Assembly: GCA_002633005.1 (NCBI GenBank)
Contig: NMRA01000065.1
Span: forward strand, 797,066 to 861,065
Source: Phoronis australis
Taxonomy: Eukaryota > Animalia > Phoronida
Length of the DNA: 64,000 nucleotides
Reading direction: 5' to 3'
Below, piece by piece: positions 52,462-64,000 of the stretch. How positions within the stretch are numbered: the first letter of the stretch is position 1; every line of letters begins with the position of its first letter. The notes beneath the pieces were generated by a model that ran no database searches, was not told the origin of the DNA, and saw only the letters and a list, made by a program, of their open reading frames with translations. A program made the translations under genes and the position numbers.

Positions 52462-55400
52462 GTGAGATGGAAGAATATTGAGAGCCTAGATAAATGTTCA
52501 AATATGGCTAATTGCGGAACAACAAATCTCAGAAATGGCGTATTGGATTCATAGGAAACTTTTAGATACTATGCTTCATGGGCTGTTTGTCAAAATGCTT
52601 TTAGAAGTTGTTTTAAGTCGTTCCACTTTTGTATGACGGGATGTCGAACGATAGAGCTTAATCTTTATAACAAAAAATTCAAAATATGCATTGAAGGAAA
52701 CAAAATAAGAATTTTGGAAATAAATATAAATTGTTTGTGATTTCATCTTGAATATTTACACAGAACAAAATTTTATCTATTTATACTGTTGTTCTGGTGT
52801 AAATATACTTTATTTCTTTTTTGGTAAGTTGTGCTTATAGTCATGGTCACGTGACAATCAATGGCAGTCAAAAATCAAATTCTACAGCTTTCTACTTTCA
52901 GAAAATGTATACTGGGTTAAAATGTATACTGGGTTAAAATGTATACTGGGTTAAAATGTATACTGGGTTAAAATGTATACTGGGTTAAAATGTATGGTTT
53001 TGTAGATATTTGGTTAAGACCACAGGCTTGTCATCAATATCCCAATAAGCAAGTGTGCAGCCTTATGGGTAAATGTCACAGAATCACAGTGGTGCTATAT
53101 GGTATTTCTAGTGGTGCTATATGGTATTTCTAGTGGTGCTATATGGTATTTCTAGTGGTGCTATATGGTATTTCTAGTGGTGCTATATGGTATTTCTGGA
53201 TGTGCCTATTCAACTTGTTTTAGTCAATTACTTCATCCTTTATTTTAATCTTGTGCAAACTGTTTGTCCTTGTAAACATCTGTCCTTGGTCTTCTCTGCA
53301 GACACCGTCAAACATGTCCTTAGAACATATCCCCAAAGCAGAATATCTGCATTCTTCGATTTCGGTGCAGCGAATTTTGGAGAACCTTCGCTTTAAGGGA
53401 GAACAGCGGGCTGTGGCTGAAATGTTCGATGAAGTGCAGTCCATCAAAGCGAGAATCAACAAGGTATCTTGATGAAGTGGGCTTTCAGTATTTAAATTAT
53501 CAGTTGAAACTGCATTCACTATACTGTAGCAATCAACAAAGCCACCAATCAGCACCATATATTTCTGTGCAACACCATGACCACGAATGGACAGTTCTCT
53601 ACAACCATTACCACTATGATCACCACTCCCATCAGCCCCACAGCCACTGTCAATTACACATTTATCTACAACTTCATCACTATTGTCATCAACCCTTTGA
53701 GCAATGCCATCAATAACTTTTCCATAAATAGGGTAGTGTTCCATTAGACTCAATTTCTTGTGAGAAAAGCAAGATAAGATCTAACAAAATCTTGTGAATG
53801 AAGATTGAGTGTTTTCTGCATGCGTATTGGTCAGAGTAAATTGGAAATGCCACTATTCTGGCTTGGGTAAAATGGGAAATGTCACTCTTCTGCATGCAAA
53901 TTGGTAAGAGTAAATGGGATATGCCTCTTTTCTGCCTGCGGATTGTTCAGAAGAGAAAAGCCAGTCTCTGCATATAGTGCATCTCATCAGGGAGAATGAG
54001 AAATTCTATCTTCTGGATGCTTCTCCTCTGTATAGAGAGTGTTAACCGAAATATGATAAAAACCAATTTCCTGCATGCATCCTTGTCAGAGTAAATAAGA
54101 AATCACTTCTTCAGGATGTAAATTGGGCAAAATAAATGAAAAGTGCGACTTTTGTGCTCATAGATTGGTCAGAATAAGCAGAGATGCCACTTTTCTGCAT
54201 GCGGATTGGTCAAAGTAAACCGGAGAAATCCACTTTTCTCTATATAATACAGATTAGGCAACATAAATGAGAAATGGCACTGTATTTATTCTTCTTGTCA
54301 ATTGATTACGGTAGTCAGAGTAAATGAGAAATGCCACTTTTCTGGATGTGGATTGGACATACATAATTATATTAGGAGTACTTGTTTTGATTGTGCAAGA
54401 TTTTTTCTGACCCAGTGCTATATTTGCAGGCATGTGTTCATAATGTTTGTCAAGTCTGGGTAATGCTATGTTGATTGGTTGTTACTATAATTGCAGTTGC
54501 TTATTGTCAACGGTCTTGGAGATTTGATATTAGATGTTGGGGTGAGTGGTCTGATTTATATTGATCTCGATATGCTTAGGACAAGTGAATTTAAAATATT
54601 TTTCATTTCTTAGATAAATGACAAGTAACGCTAAATAATCGTTTAATCAGTTTTAAGTTATCTACTGTAACTATGCATGGTCAGACAATGTTTCTAAAAT
54701 TTGTGTGCATTCACAACTGTGGAAAAAAGTCAATTTTAACACTTTATCTGTGTCCAAAATTGGTAAAATTTCATCGTGTTATTATTGGGCTATCATAAAG
54801 GGGGCTATGCATATATGGTTGAATCATGCTGAGCGTTACCTCAATAGAAACATTGGTTCATTTGAGCTCCAGCTGTTTTGATTTCTGGTCTCTCCCCCTC
54901 ACAATGCATTTTGATGTGTACCTCATTCTCTTCTCTACCTGTGTCGCTTGTTTTTTGTTTGTAACTGTTTCCTTGAGAATGGTTTAATGAAATAAACCGA
55001 AACGTTGGATTGGATAGATATGACGTTATTTACTTACGCGCTAATTTTAAAGTTCGTGCTTATGTTGCTTTTGTCTTGTAGCCTAGAGACACACCAGTGC
55101 CACCTAGCCGAAGCTGCATGAGTTTCTTTCAAGAAGAAATCATGTCGCGACTAATGGACGATGATTCCGACGAATACTTGTACCCTAGTCAAAGGAAGGA
55201 AGAGGAGGACAATGCAGTAAGTCACTCAACGCAGACGTCACTTTCCACATGCAGACGTCACGGTGACAAAGTGCCTTTCAACTCTCTTGGGCCATGTTGC
55301 ATGAAAGTTACATGTTGGAGAGCAACAATGACATAGTGTTATCATAAGTCGCGTTGCTATTGCTGTGCAGTAAACTTGATGTCATGCAACAATTAACTTC

Positions 55401-58400
55401 CTACATTTTATGCAACCCTGCCAACATTGTCTGTTTTTGTAGAATTTATCATGTACGCCTACCCTTTCTGTTGGCTATTCTTGTCACTAATTTGCACAGG
55501 CGTACGTCACTTTGCACGTGTAAACATCACATGTTTACCTTTTCTGTCGAGTATCCATAGGAGGTTTCTCATGAGTTTCAATCAGATGCTTAGTGTGCAA
55601 TTTAGATGTTCAATCTCCTGCATTTTTTGTTACAATGGCAAGCCTTTGTGCACTTGTACCTTTATGTGAAGCTATGGCACTATTCCAAGTGCTCTATGCA
55701 ATATGTTCGTGTACATCATGCAAGGTACAAGTTAAATAGCTGGTGTGAGAGGATTGGATTATTCCTGTTTATTGTTTTTTCACAAACACTTTTATTAACA
55801 AACAAACCACAAATAACAGCAAACAACATGTCTACCCAGAAATCATTAGGCATCATACTTCGGTGGAACTTTTACAGCAATGTCTCACCGATTTCACATA
55901 AAAACAACTACTCGGTACCAAACTTGTCTTTTTTTCATTTTTCAAACTCATGTCACATTATTGGGAATGCTCACAGTTTCTAAAAAAAATTTTTAAGTGG
56001 TAAAGCCTTTATTTTTTGCTAATTTATCATGACAGAAAAATGAGAAAATAAAATTTTATTTGGCTGCTTTATTGTGTTCTAACTTGGTAAGATTTCATCG
56101 TAAATTCAATAAAAGTTTTAATTATATTATCTAAATGATAAAGCATTGCAATGTACATGACAACTTTACAGTTTAAGATTAAAGCGGCAATTCATTGCTG
56201 AAATCGGTCTCAGTTTGTTATTGCTTGGTTTCAAATTGAATTGTCGCGGTGTGCCAGTTGATGCGCAGAGCCTGACAAGTTCTTTCACTTCTCAACTGAG
56301 TAAGGAACAAGTTGAGACCCATTCTATAGCGGTAAATTGTCTGAATCAAAATTTCGTTTCTTGGACGTAACGCAGATTTATTGCCGGTTAGAAAAAATGA
56401 TGCTATGGCACACAAAAGCACAGAGTGTATAACCTGCGTTTTGACAAAAGACTCAAGCCTAGTTAAAGTAGCACAGATTAGTGCCCATATGAAAGACTTG
56501 AGTGGGACTATTATTTAAAAAAACATTTTTTTACCGCAAGAACATTGGGCATTTTGTTACTTATCTGCATGTGATACAGTTCGAGTCTCAGCAATAGTCA
56601 GCTATTGAACTTAAGTTGCCTGACATTTTTGTCTCCAAATTCCAGCTCCACACATCCCTCTCCCCAATGACTCATAGTTTTTACAATCTGCTGTATGACA
56701 CTGTTATTTTGCCTGACTTATCACTTGACAGACATTTCTTTGTGGCATTTTTGATGTCTGGGTTTATGGCAAGATGTTTGTGGCTCAGTTTTTCACTTGT
56801 TCCTATTTGTTGACAAGCAGTTTCCACCAACAGGAAAGCCAGTTTTGTGGTCATCAGATCTTATGGTTGCGTTTAACTGTATTTTCAAAATATATATTTC
56901 TTCAATTTATTCAATTTGAGATAAAAATAATTGCCAAAATTGTCATTTTTTGTAACTATCATGGGTTCACCACACACACTTTTTACTAAGCTGTGACAAA
57001 CAAATCTTGTTTATAGCAAATCAATTAAAGTAAAGCTTCGAAGATTTCACAAAATTGTGTGTTACCATTTGTGTCCCTAAGTTAAGAATTTTAGCAGATC
57101 TGTTCAAGCTGAAAAATTATCCACATTGTACATATTTTTGCATTTCATTTATTCCATGGAACATGTTCATGGCTTGAACTCCTAAAACAGTTACAGAGGT
57201 GTATACATCTCTACAGTTATTGTAAGTGTACATTTTGGAATAAACAGCCCTTCTACAATGACCATTTTTAACGGAAAAGTATTCCAATGACTAACCAATT
57301 ACAGACATTTTTCTGTCTATCCATGGCTGTTTTAGTTGCTATAACTTTTTAGCGGATCTACGGGGGGTGTCAGGGGCTTTAAACCCCCCCTTGGGCCAGA
57401 ACCCAAAAATAAAAAAACAAAAACGTCTCCAGCAAAACAAAAACGGCACCGCTAGCGTGTGTAAGCCCCAAGTAAACCAACGTGGAAAAAATTCGGGGGG
57501 GGGGGAGAAGGTTCACTCTGAAAATATAATTTTTTGCATTGTGAATTGCTGTGTCTTCATGGCTCATCGGCAAAACGCGTGGAGACCAATTGTGCGCACC
57601 CTTCCGTAGACACTTCTGAAGTAGCCGAGCATTTTAGATGGATCCACCGCTGAAAGAGTAGTTCTATAGCCGATTTCTTTAGGTAACTTAGAGCTTCTTT
57701 GATTAGGGGAAATACTGTGGTGTTGCAACCCTGATATTTAGGCGAATTGACCTGCAACGTTTTTACTTCATCTGTCATGCCATGTCATTCTATAACACTC
57801 CACACGTTTGTAACTGATGTGTAGTAAAGTTGTCTTGCGTAATATCATAAAGTGTACATAATGTACATGTAATATTTTTGGAAAAAGAATTTTTTCAATT
57901 GCTATTGTGGTGGGCGCCGTGGTCTGGTCGCGAGTACGTTTGAAGATACACTCTAACAAGTTATGTCTATTCAAGGAATGACCAAGGAGGCACTCACATT
58001 GACTAAGTGACCGCATTTGCGAACAGTGTACAGTACCAGAAATCATACAGTGTACATGTACATATAATATTTTTGAAAAAAAAATCTTTTTCCGAAGAAT
58101 TGCTATTGTGGCGGGCACCGTGGTCTGGTCGCAAGTCCGTTTGAAGATACACAAGTTATGCCTGTGCAAAGAATGACCAAGGGGGCACTCACATTGACAG
58201 TGACCGCGTTCGCGAACAGTGTACAGTTACTGTACCAGAAATTGCGGGGAGGCTGTTCAAGGCTTTCACAACAAAGTCTTGTGGGACTCGTGCGATGTTC
58301 AATAGGCCTCCTAAGGAGCCCTAGTTCCGACCTCAACACCTACCGTCTTTCTACCTGCAATAAACACACTTCCGTCTTCTACACTGGGAATTTCTGCAGA

Positions 58401-61400
58401 AAGGCCCACCCGATGAAACGTTCATGCCCATGGGCATTTATTTGATGTTAGTACTTCGGGTTTCAAGCGTTCAGACATTGGGACGTTTATTTCGAAAATT
58501 GCAAGAGATGCAAATAGGTCCGGGGATACATCGTCAAGGTTTGAAATAGTCCGTGATGAAGGGATCAATTTTAGTTGCACATGTAAGTCTTTTGAATGGA
58601 CTCTGCAACCTCAAGGGTCTTAGTGCCAACTGAGCTGCTAAACGAGATGCTGACATTGTAGAGGCTTACAAGCTCATTGACACAGCAGTTGACGAAGTGC
58701 AAGTGTTGGGAACGAACATTGAAGATATCTGGGTAGAATGGTTTTAAGACACTGGAGCAAACCTTTGGATCCGATATACAGATTCCTTGGCACTCGGCAG
58801 TCTAGACAACAGGATAGGACTAACGTATGAGTAACCACTGGGGATTAAAAAGTGTCTAGAGAGAAATTTTCAATTCAAAAGTTTTTGCATAGTACACTTT
58901 AGGTCTCGCGACGGACCAGGCCAGCTTGATTGGTCTACATATTGAGCTTCAGTGTACTTCTGGTCCCTCGGCGAACTAGTCATGTTATTTTTTTACCAAA
59001 GTTTGCTTTGTAGAACTATTTATCTCAGCCAGTACTGTTTGGTCCCGCGACAAATCGACTATTTTTATAGGGATAAAAAGCACAGGCGTACTCTTGGTCT
59101 CGTGACGGACCAGGTCAGCCTTTTTGTGTACTCTCAGTGTACATCTGGTCCTTCTGCAAACTGTGCACTGGATGTTTTGGTTTCGTGAAACTGTTTTCAG
59201 ATGATTTGTTTCTTGATACATTTGACGTTTTTCAATTGTTGTAAACATGATTCAGCTTAATGAAGTGATACTTAATTATTTATTGTCACTTTTAATAATA
59301 GGCTATGAGCTGAGAGCACCATCGTTCGCCAGTTTTTCTCGTAACAAGACAGAACACATGTTTATTTCCGGACTAACAGTACAGGTCTTCGTTCTTAAAC
59401 AACTTGAGGCTGCTGTTACGCGATCATCTGTTATTCAAGTTTTACGCCCCATCGGTGCTCCTTATACTCTTGAATATTTGGAAGTTGTCTAAACCCCTCT
59501 ATACACAGGACACTTTTTCGTATACAACTTTTTTTATGCTAAAAATGTGTGTAAGCAGATGTTCCAACAAAAATTTTTGCTCTTGGCATAACTCATACCC
59601 AGATGTGCACAATATGGTTTCACGAAATTGAGAAAGGTTTTTAATTATCTTAAGAAAAACTTCAGAGACATGTTAAGTGCCAGAAACTTACCAAGATGCC
59701 GGGCTACAAAAACAAAAAAATGTCTTACACGGGAGGGGGTTTCCCTCCCCCCGCTCGGTGCCACACGCCTAGGATTCGACCTTTGCGGGAATCCTAAACC
59801 CCCCTTACTGAAAACGTAGATCCGCCACTGAACTGCATCATGTTTTTGTATTTTTCCAGTATTTTATATATTTCCTAGTAATAACATGGGTGGCGCACCA
59901 TAGGGAGCTGTAGCCCCCCCACTTTTTTCAGTACTACGCCGCACATTGTCTATAGACGGTGCAACACGGGAGGGGGTCCTGAAGGGGCTGCACCACCCAT
60001 GAATCATAAATTAACATTTTATCACCAGTGTTTCACTACTAGCTTCATGGGCTCACCTGCGCTCCCTTTATTTGTCCTAAGACGATAGTCGAACATTGCT
60101 GAAATTTGTCAAATGTTGTGTTTTTGACACTCACCTGTTACAGCTGAAAGTACTCACCATGCGTTTGTTGAACAAGGTATAATCTCATCAATTTAGGACA
60201 CAGTATGGCAGACTGGTGAAATTTTATTTTCTCATTTTTTCATATCAGAATGACGCTTTGGCATTTTCAAGTTTTGTACACTATAGCTACCAACGGACAT
60301 TTTGAAATATTGTGGGCATTCACAACAATGAAGCCCTTGAAAAACGAAAAGAGCAGTTTTGGCAATAATTGTGGTCTAAAATTGGTGAGATTTTGCCGTT
60401 CAGGTTTACATTATAGACTCTGCTTATGACTCAGTAAAATCTTCTTGGTAATTCTTGACAAAATATTTTTCTGTTCCTCCACTCTGTGTTGTGAGTTGAT
60501 GAAGCTTTGTGCTGAATGTGTACAAATGTTACGGTGCAAACCGCAAATACTCACCAATGCATTTGTGCATAAACCACGGAAACCGGAACTTGTGTACTAA
60601 TGATACTAATGTGACAACCAGAATAATGCAAGCCTCATTTATGAAACTTCATATTCACCGCGTTTTGTCAGTTGCCATGCCAATATATTGACGTGATTCC
60701 CATTTCATTTTCTTCTCTGGAGACTAGGTTCTAAATATACAACCATTGTCTGTCCATTCACACTTCATCTCAATAAGTTGTTTTGCTGTTAGGCTAAAGA
60801 CACTGGGGATTCAAATGTTATGAAGGTATTATTTTGTTGTTCTTCATCAGTCGTGTGTCATGACAACTGCTCACCAAATGAACGGCACTTCATAACACGT
60901 TTATTACTGGTGGCTTTAAAATTTGTTTCAACCAGGTGTTGCATTAAAATGCTAAATCATGTTAAAAATCTTCATGAGGTATTGCTAAAACAGTCTGGAA
61001 AGATTCAAAACATCCAACATATGGTTTACTGTCGTTTAAAAACAGCCGTTCCTTTGTTTCCATCAGAAGAATACATAAAAAAACTAAGTCAAATACCATT
61101 CAATTGTGGCAGCCATTTTGTTTGTGCACCTCTAGAAATTCAAAAATCATTTTGAAAATTCCATACTTAATTCTGGTTATTTTGAATGCATTTACTTATG
61201 TGTTGAAAGAACATTATTTGGGGACGAGTTTAAGCTAGATTACATATTGCAATCAAATTCCTTTTACAAAATTTTTATTTTGGAAATGGAAAGCGTATCT
61301 TTAAAATTCACACGAGTCAGGGATTTGATACACTTTTCATTGCATTTTCACTAATTGGTATTTTTCTTGTGTGGTATTGTCTGATTCATGAAGTCATGTG

Positions 61401-63376
61401 ACTTGCCGTTCCCCACTTTCATCCAGGTCTCAGAGGCTGACATTCCGAACAAGGTGAGTGCCATCATTACACTGCCAGCACACCTTATCATTTCACTCTT
61501 TCATTGCTTCTATTAAACTTCATTAAATCCGTATGTGGCATTTCCCTGACCATCATTGACAATAACAATGACCACTATTGTTAGGCACTATATATTTGTT
61601 ATATAATTAAATGAATAGAATTTGTGTGTACTGTGTGGCATTAACTCTGATGGTCATGAGTGAGTGGATCTGGAATCTATTGACCAATTTTGTATGCAAG
61701 GTAAGGGAAAGAGCCATAGGATTTCATAACGGGAACTCGTTTTCTAATCTCTTACATTTTCAAGAGGTTGATTGTAGTGTCGTTTTGAGACTCAAGGTTG
61801 TAAAATAAATGGAAAACTGTGTTATCTTGAGCTATATAAATTATTTGTTTCAACTTCATTAAGTATTTAACAGCTACCTCCGAATTTTGTCTGCATATAG
61901 GTGTCACTTCGACTAGTATATGTTAAAAATGTTGTCATTTAACCAGTCCAAAAGTTGTTCATTTTTGTAACTATTGTCATTGAAATATCTATCATTCTCA
62001 TTTCATTATCTTAACAGATATGGATTAAGGTAATACCATTTATTTTGGTTTTGTTTTCCTTTTATTGTTTAGTTTTTCTTGGTAATGCATTTTTGCTGTC
62101 TATATATCTTAGAGTATAAAAATTTATGAAAACGTAGATTATGTTACCTTTTATTATTTGCCTTCAAAAAATACACCAAGTCACCAGTACTTGGTACTTG
62201 AGAGCACAAGTTTCCACAGGATTACTCTTGTTCAAAGTTTTCATGCGATTTGCAATATTTGCCATGTAACATTTTAATACATTAGATGGTGTACTCGGCT
62301 TGTAACATGCATCGTGCCTTCATTATGACATTATTCCTTCAGTTGTCAGAGTTGATTAATTTGCCTTTCGTAACTTCACCTGACTATAATCCTCATTTTA
62401 TAGCTTCACTTGATTAGCAAACTTTTTTTTCATTTACAGTTCAAAGAGAAGGTAACATCATTATTCGTGCACAAAATAGTTTTTTCTCTGCTGATGCGTA
62501 AATGATTTTCTCATCATTCCCTAATTTATTAATCGCCAGGATTTCTTGTTTCACACTTTGTTAGTATTTACTTTGAAGGTGGTACAATGACTCTCTGTTT
62601 TCTATCAATTACATGTTTATATATTCATAATTTTTGCTGCATTTTTTGTCTCAACAGTGTCTGGTTATCTCCAAGATCCATTGAAAATTTGACACTAGTT
62701 ACTTAAAAATGTGTCTATTTTCATTCATTATATGTTATTCACATAATGCGTCTATCTTCATTCATTATATGTTATTCACATCATTGTTGAAACCATCTCT
62801 TTCCTCTTTTAGCTCGTTAAGGAATTTGAGGTAACTGGAAATTAAGGTAGTTTTATTTATTGTAAGCTTTTGCTTGATCAAAAGTAACAGTAGCCGAGCG
62901 TCACCTGTCGCAGTCCTCCAATTAAAACAACCCCGACAGCTTGTTAGTTGTTTAATAGTGACGCTTTTAAGACTGACAGTTATCTTTTTAGCCCACTTTA
63001 ATGTTGCAAGTGGTGGCAGTTCTTCTTTTATTTCATCAATAATTGCCAAAATTGTCATTTTTCAATTTTTCAAAGGCTAATTACTTAACTGCAAATGATG
63101 GAAAATTTCCCAAAAGTCGTTTTATTACATCTACACAGTTCAAATCATGCTAGTAATAGACTATAAATGTCCTTAATCTTTTATTTTTGTGGTAAAATTT
63201 GATAAAGTATATAATTCCAATCATCAACCATATTGTGCGCTAAACAGGTGAAGAACTACCGTCTGCCCTGTAACTGGTATTTATAGTTCACAATAAAGTC
63301 TAGTACAGGTAAACTTTGAAAATCTTTTGGTTCATATTCTCGAAAAAGCTAACATTCCTAGTTACATGTGATTAAG
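52153..63376 (+). CDS. Unidentified spliced gene, 3' incomplete: join(52153..52461,53302..53463,55082..55216,[56821..56865],60144..60176,60793..60825,61427..61453,62018..62029,62440..62451,62813..62830,63362..63376,...)
   Basis: Kozak-like GCCATGG just after an acceptor. Successive exons are all phase 0, bounded by pyrimidine tract/AG and GT donors, and open without stops. No family recognised. Confidence 0.68.
52902..52995. repeat. 17-bp tandem repeat, ~5.5 copies
   Basis: aaaatgtatactgggtt perfect units. Confidence 0.97.
53088..53197. repeat. 22-bp tandem repeat, 5 copies
   Basis: gtggtgctatatggtatttcta perfect units. Confidence 0.97.
53302..53463 (+). CDS. Unknown gene, exon 2 (TPSNMSLEHIPKAEYLHSSISVQRILENLRFKGEQRAVAEMFDEVQSIKARINK)
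   Basis: cttctctgcag acceptor, AAG|gtatct donor, 162 nt, phase 0. Confidence 0.78.
53800..54358. repeat. Degenerate ~42-bp satellite-like array
   Basis: Recurring ttttctgcatgcggattggtcagagtaaatgagaaatgccac. Confidence 0.8.
55082..55216 (+). CDS. Unknown gene, exon 3 (PRDTPVPPSRSCMSFFQEEIMSRLMDDDSDEYLYPSQRKEEEDNA)
   Basis: ttttgtcttgtag acceptor, gtaagt donor, 135 nt, phase 0. Confidence 0.78.
56821..56865 (+). CDS. Unknown gene, possible exon (FPPTGKPVLWSSDLM)
   Basis: Pyrimidine tract with NAGNAG acceptor (aagcag), 45 nt in frame, weak donor gttgcg. Confidence 0.35.
57350..59830. mobile_element. Composite or split TIR element of ~2.5 kb
   Basis: Left GCGGATCTACG plus taaacccccc, right taaacccccc plus CGTAGATCCGCCACTG. 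The interior contains a ~200-bp tandem duplication. Confidence 0.55.
57842..58243. repeat. ~200-bp tandem duplication (2 diverged copies)
   Basis: aattgctattgtgg, gtggtctggtcgc, gtttgaagatacac, gaatgaccaagg, gcactcacattgac and gcgaacagtgtacagt each occur twice in order. Confidence 0.9.
60144..60176 (+). CDS. Unknown gene, 33-nt exon (LKVLTMRLLNK)
   Basis: ctcacctgttacag acceptor, AAG|gtataa donor. Confidence 0.5.
60793..60825 (+). CDS. Unknown gene, 33-nt exon (AKDTGDSNVMK)
   Basis: ttttgctgttag acceptor, AAG|gtatta donor. Confidence 0.5.
61427..61453 (+). CDS. Unknown gene, 27-nt microexon (VSEADIPNK)
   Basis: ccccactttcatccag acceptor, AAG|gtgagt consensus donor. Confidence 0.68.
62018..62029 (+). 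CDS. Unknown gene, 12-nt microexon (IWIK)
   Basis: tttcattatcttaacag acceptor, AAG|gtaata donor. Confidence 0.55.
62440..62451 (+). CDS. Unknown gene, 12-nt microexon (FKEK)
   Basis: ttttttttcatttacag acceptor, AAG|gtaaca donor. Confidence 0.6.
62813..62830 (+). CDS. Unknown gene, 18-nt microexon (LVKEFE)
   Basis: catctctttcctcttttag acceptor, GAG|gtaact donor. Confidence 0.6.
63362..63376 (+). CDS. Unknown gene, 15-nt microexon (LHVIK)
   Basis: gctaac branch-point-like motif, attcctag acceptor, AAG|gtatgc donor. Confidence 0.52.
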
Positions 63377-64000
63377 GTATGCATAGCTATGTTCAACGGA
63401 ACAATTCCTGACCTCGGACTTGATTTAGTCTGCGTGGGTCTTTAAGCAAGTCATTCATGCCCACCTTTACAGCATTATATACAAATTTTTGCACCATTTG
63501 CAACAGTGTCCTATTAAATTAGGTATTCACTGTCGTGCTTATAAGCATAATATGATTGAGCAAAATGCTAAATACTCTTGGTGTAATTACCACGGACAAA
63601 CATAGTCCAACCAATGAGCTATACCAGGTATAGCTCATTGGTCCAACCACGAGCAACATCCTTGGATTGTATGGCCTCCACATGGTAAGAGTGCAGCCCG
63701 TTTCATGAAAGTGACAAAAATCTGGTCTTACGTCCCACTTAACTACAGTATTTGTGAAAAAAAATTTCAAAGTCACTTTAGCCAAAGCAAAGTATCTAAG
63801 AATATATCCTTAATTATTGTTAATTGCTAAGAACAAATTATTTCTAGGCAAGTGATATGTTTATTATTACACAACCCAACTTTTATTTGTTTATTGTGAA
63901 TTGGGAACGTCAGACCAAATTTCTGTCACTGTCATGAAACAGATGTGCTGTCTAATGTGAAGAGTGAGAACCAAAAGGACAATTTTGATAGTCCTGCAAC

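Noticed and set aside
53220-53753. 177-aa minus-strand ORF and His-rich plus-strand ORF
   Set aside because: Antisense to a well-formed exon and running through degenerate CAC/CAT/CAA low-complexity sequence.
54614-54624. 11-nt AG...GT segment (ATAAATGACAA) as a microexon
   Set aside because: Not a multiple of 3. It would frameshift the next exon into a stop.
55155-55195. EF-hand-like loop DDDSDEYLYPSQ in the unknown protein
   Set aside because: It lacks Gly at position 6 and Glu/Asp at position 12, and has no partner EF-hand. More likely an acidic patch.

Overview
Eukaryotic, intron-rich, AT-rich genomic DNA from an invertebrate animal. It is probably a protostome or lophotrochozoan, inferred from the CSRNP C-terminus and the repeat types. 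There are two assembly gaps. Manual splice-site reading gives three complete conserved genes: thiamine pyrophosphokinase TPK1 (- strand, 7 coding exons, 250 aa), LETMD1 (+ strand, 9 exons, 352 aa, start codon only 114 bp from that of TPK1) and CSRNP/Axud1 (- strand, 3 coding exons, 610 aa, candidate TATA/Inr/CRE promoter ~16 kb upstream). LETMD1 and CSRNP are tail-to-tail, like human LETMD1-CSRNP2. A fourth, unidentified + strand gene starts at ~52.15 kb. It continues into a run of phase-0 microexons (33, 33, 27, 12, 12, 18 and 15 nt) that the ORF track misses, and it apparently runs off the window. The rest is introns and intergenic DNA with tRNA-derived SINEs, several MITE families, Helentron-like, LINE and THAP remnants, and tandem repeats, including a 33-bp palindromic minisatellite. 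Nearly all short ORFs in the track are spurious. All gene models are hand-derived and unverified by transcripts.
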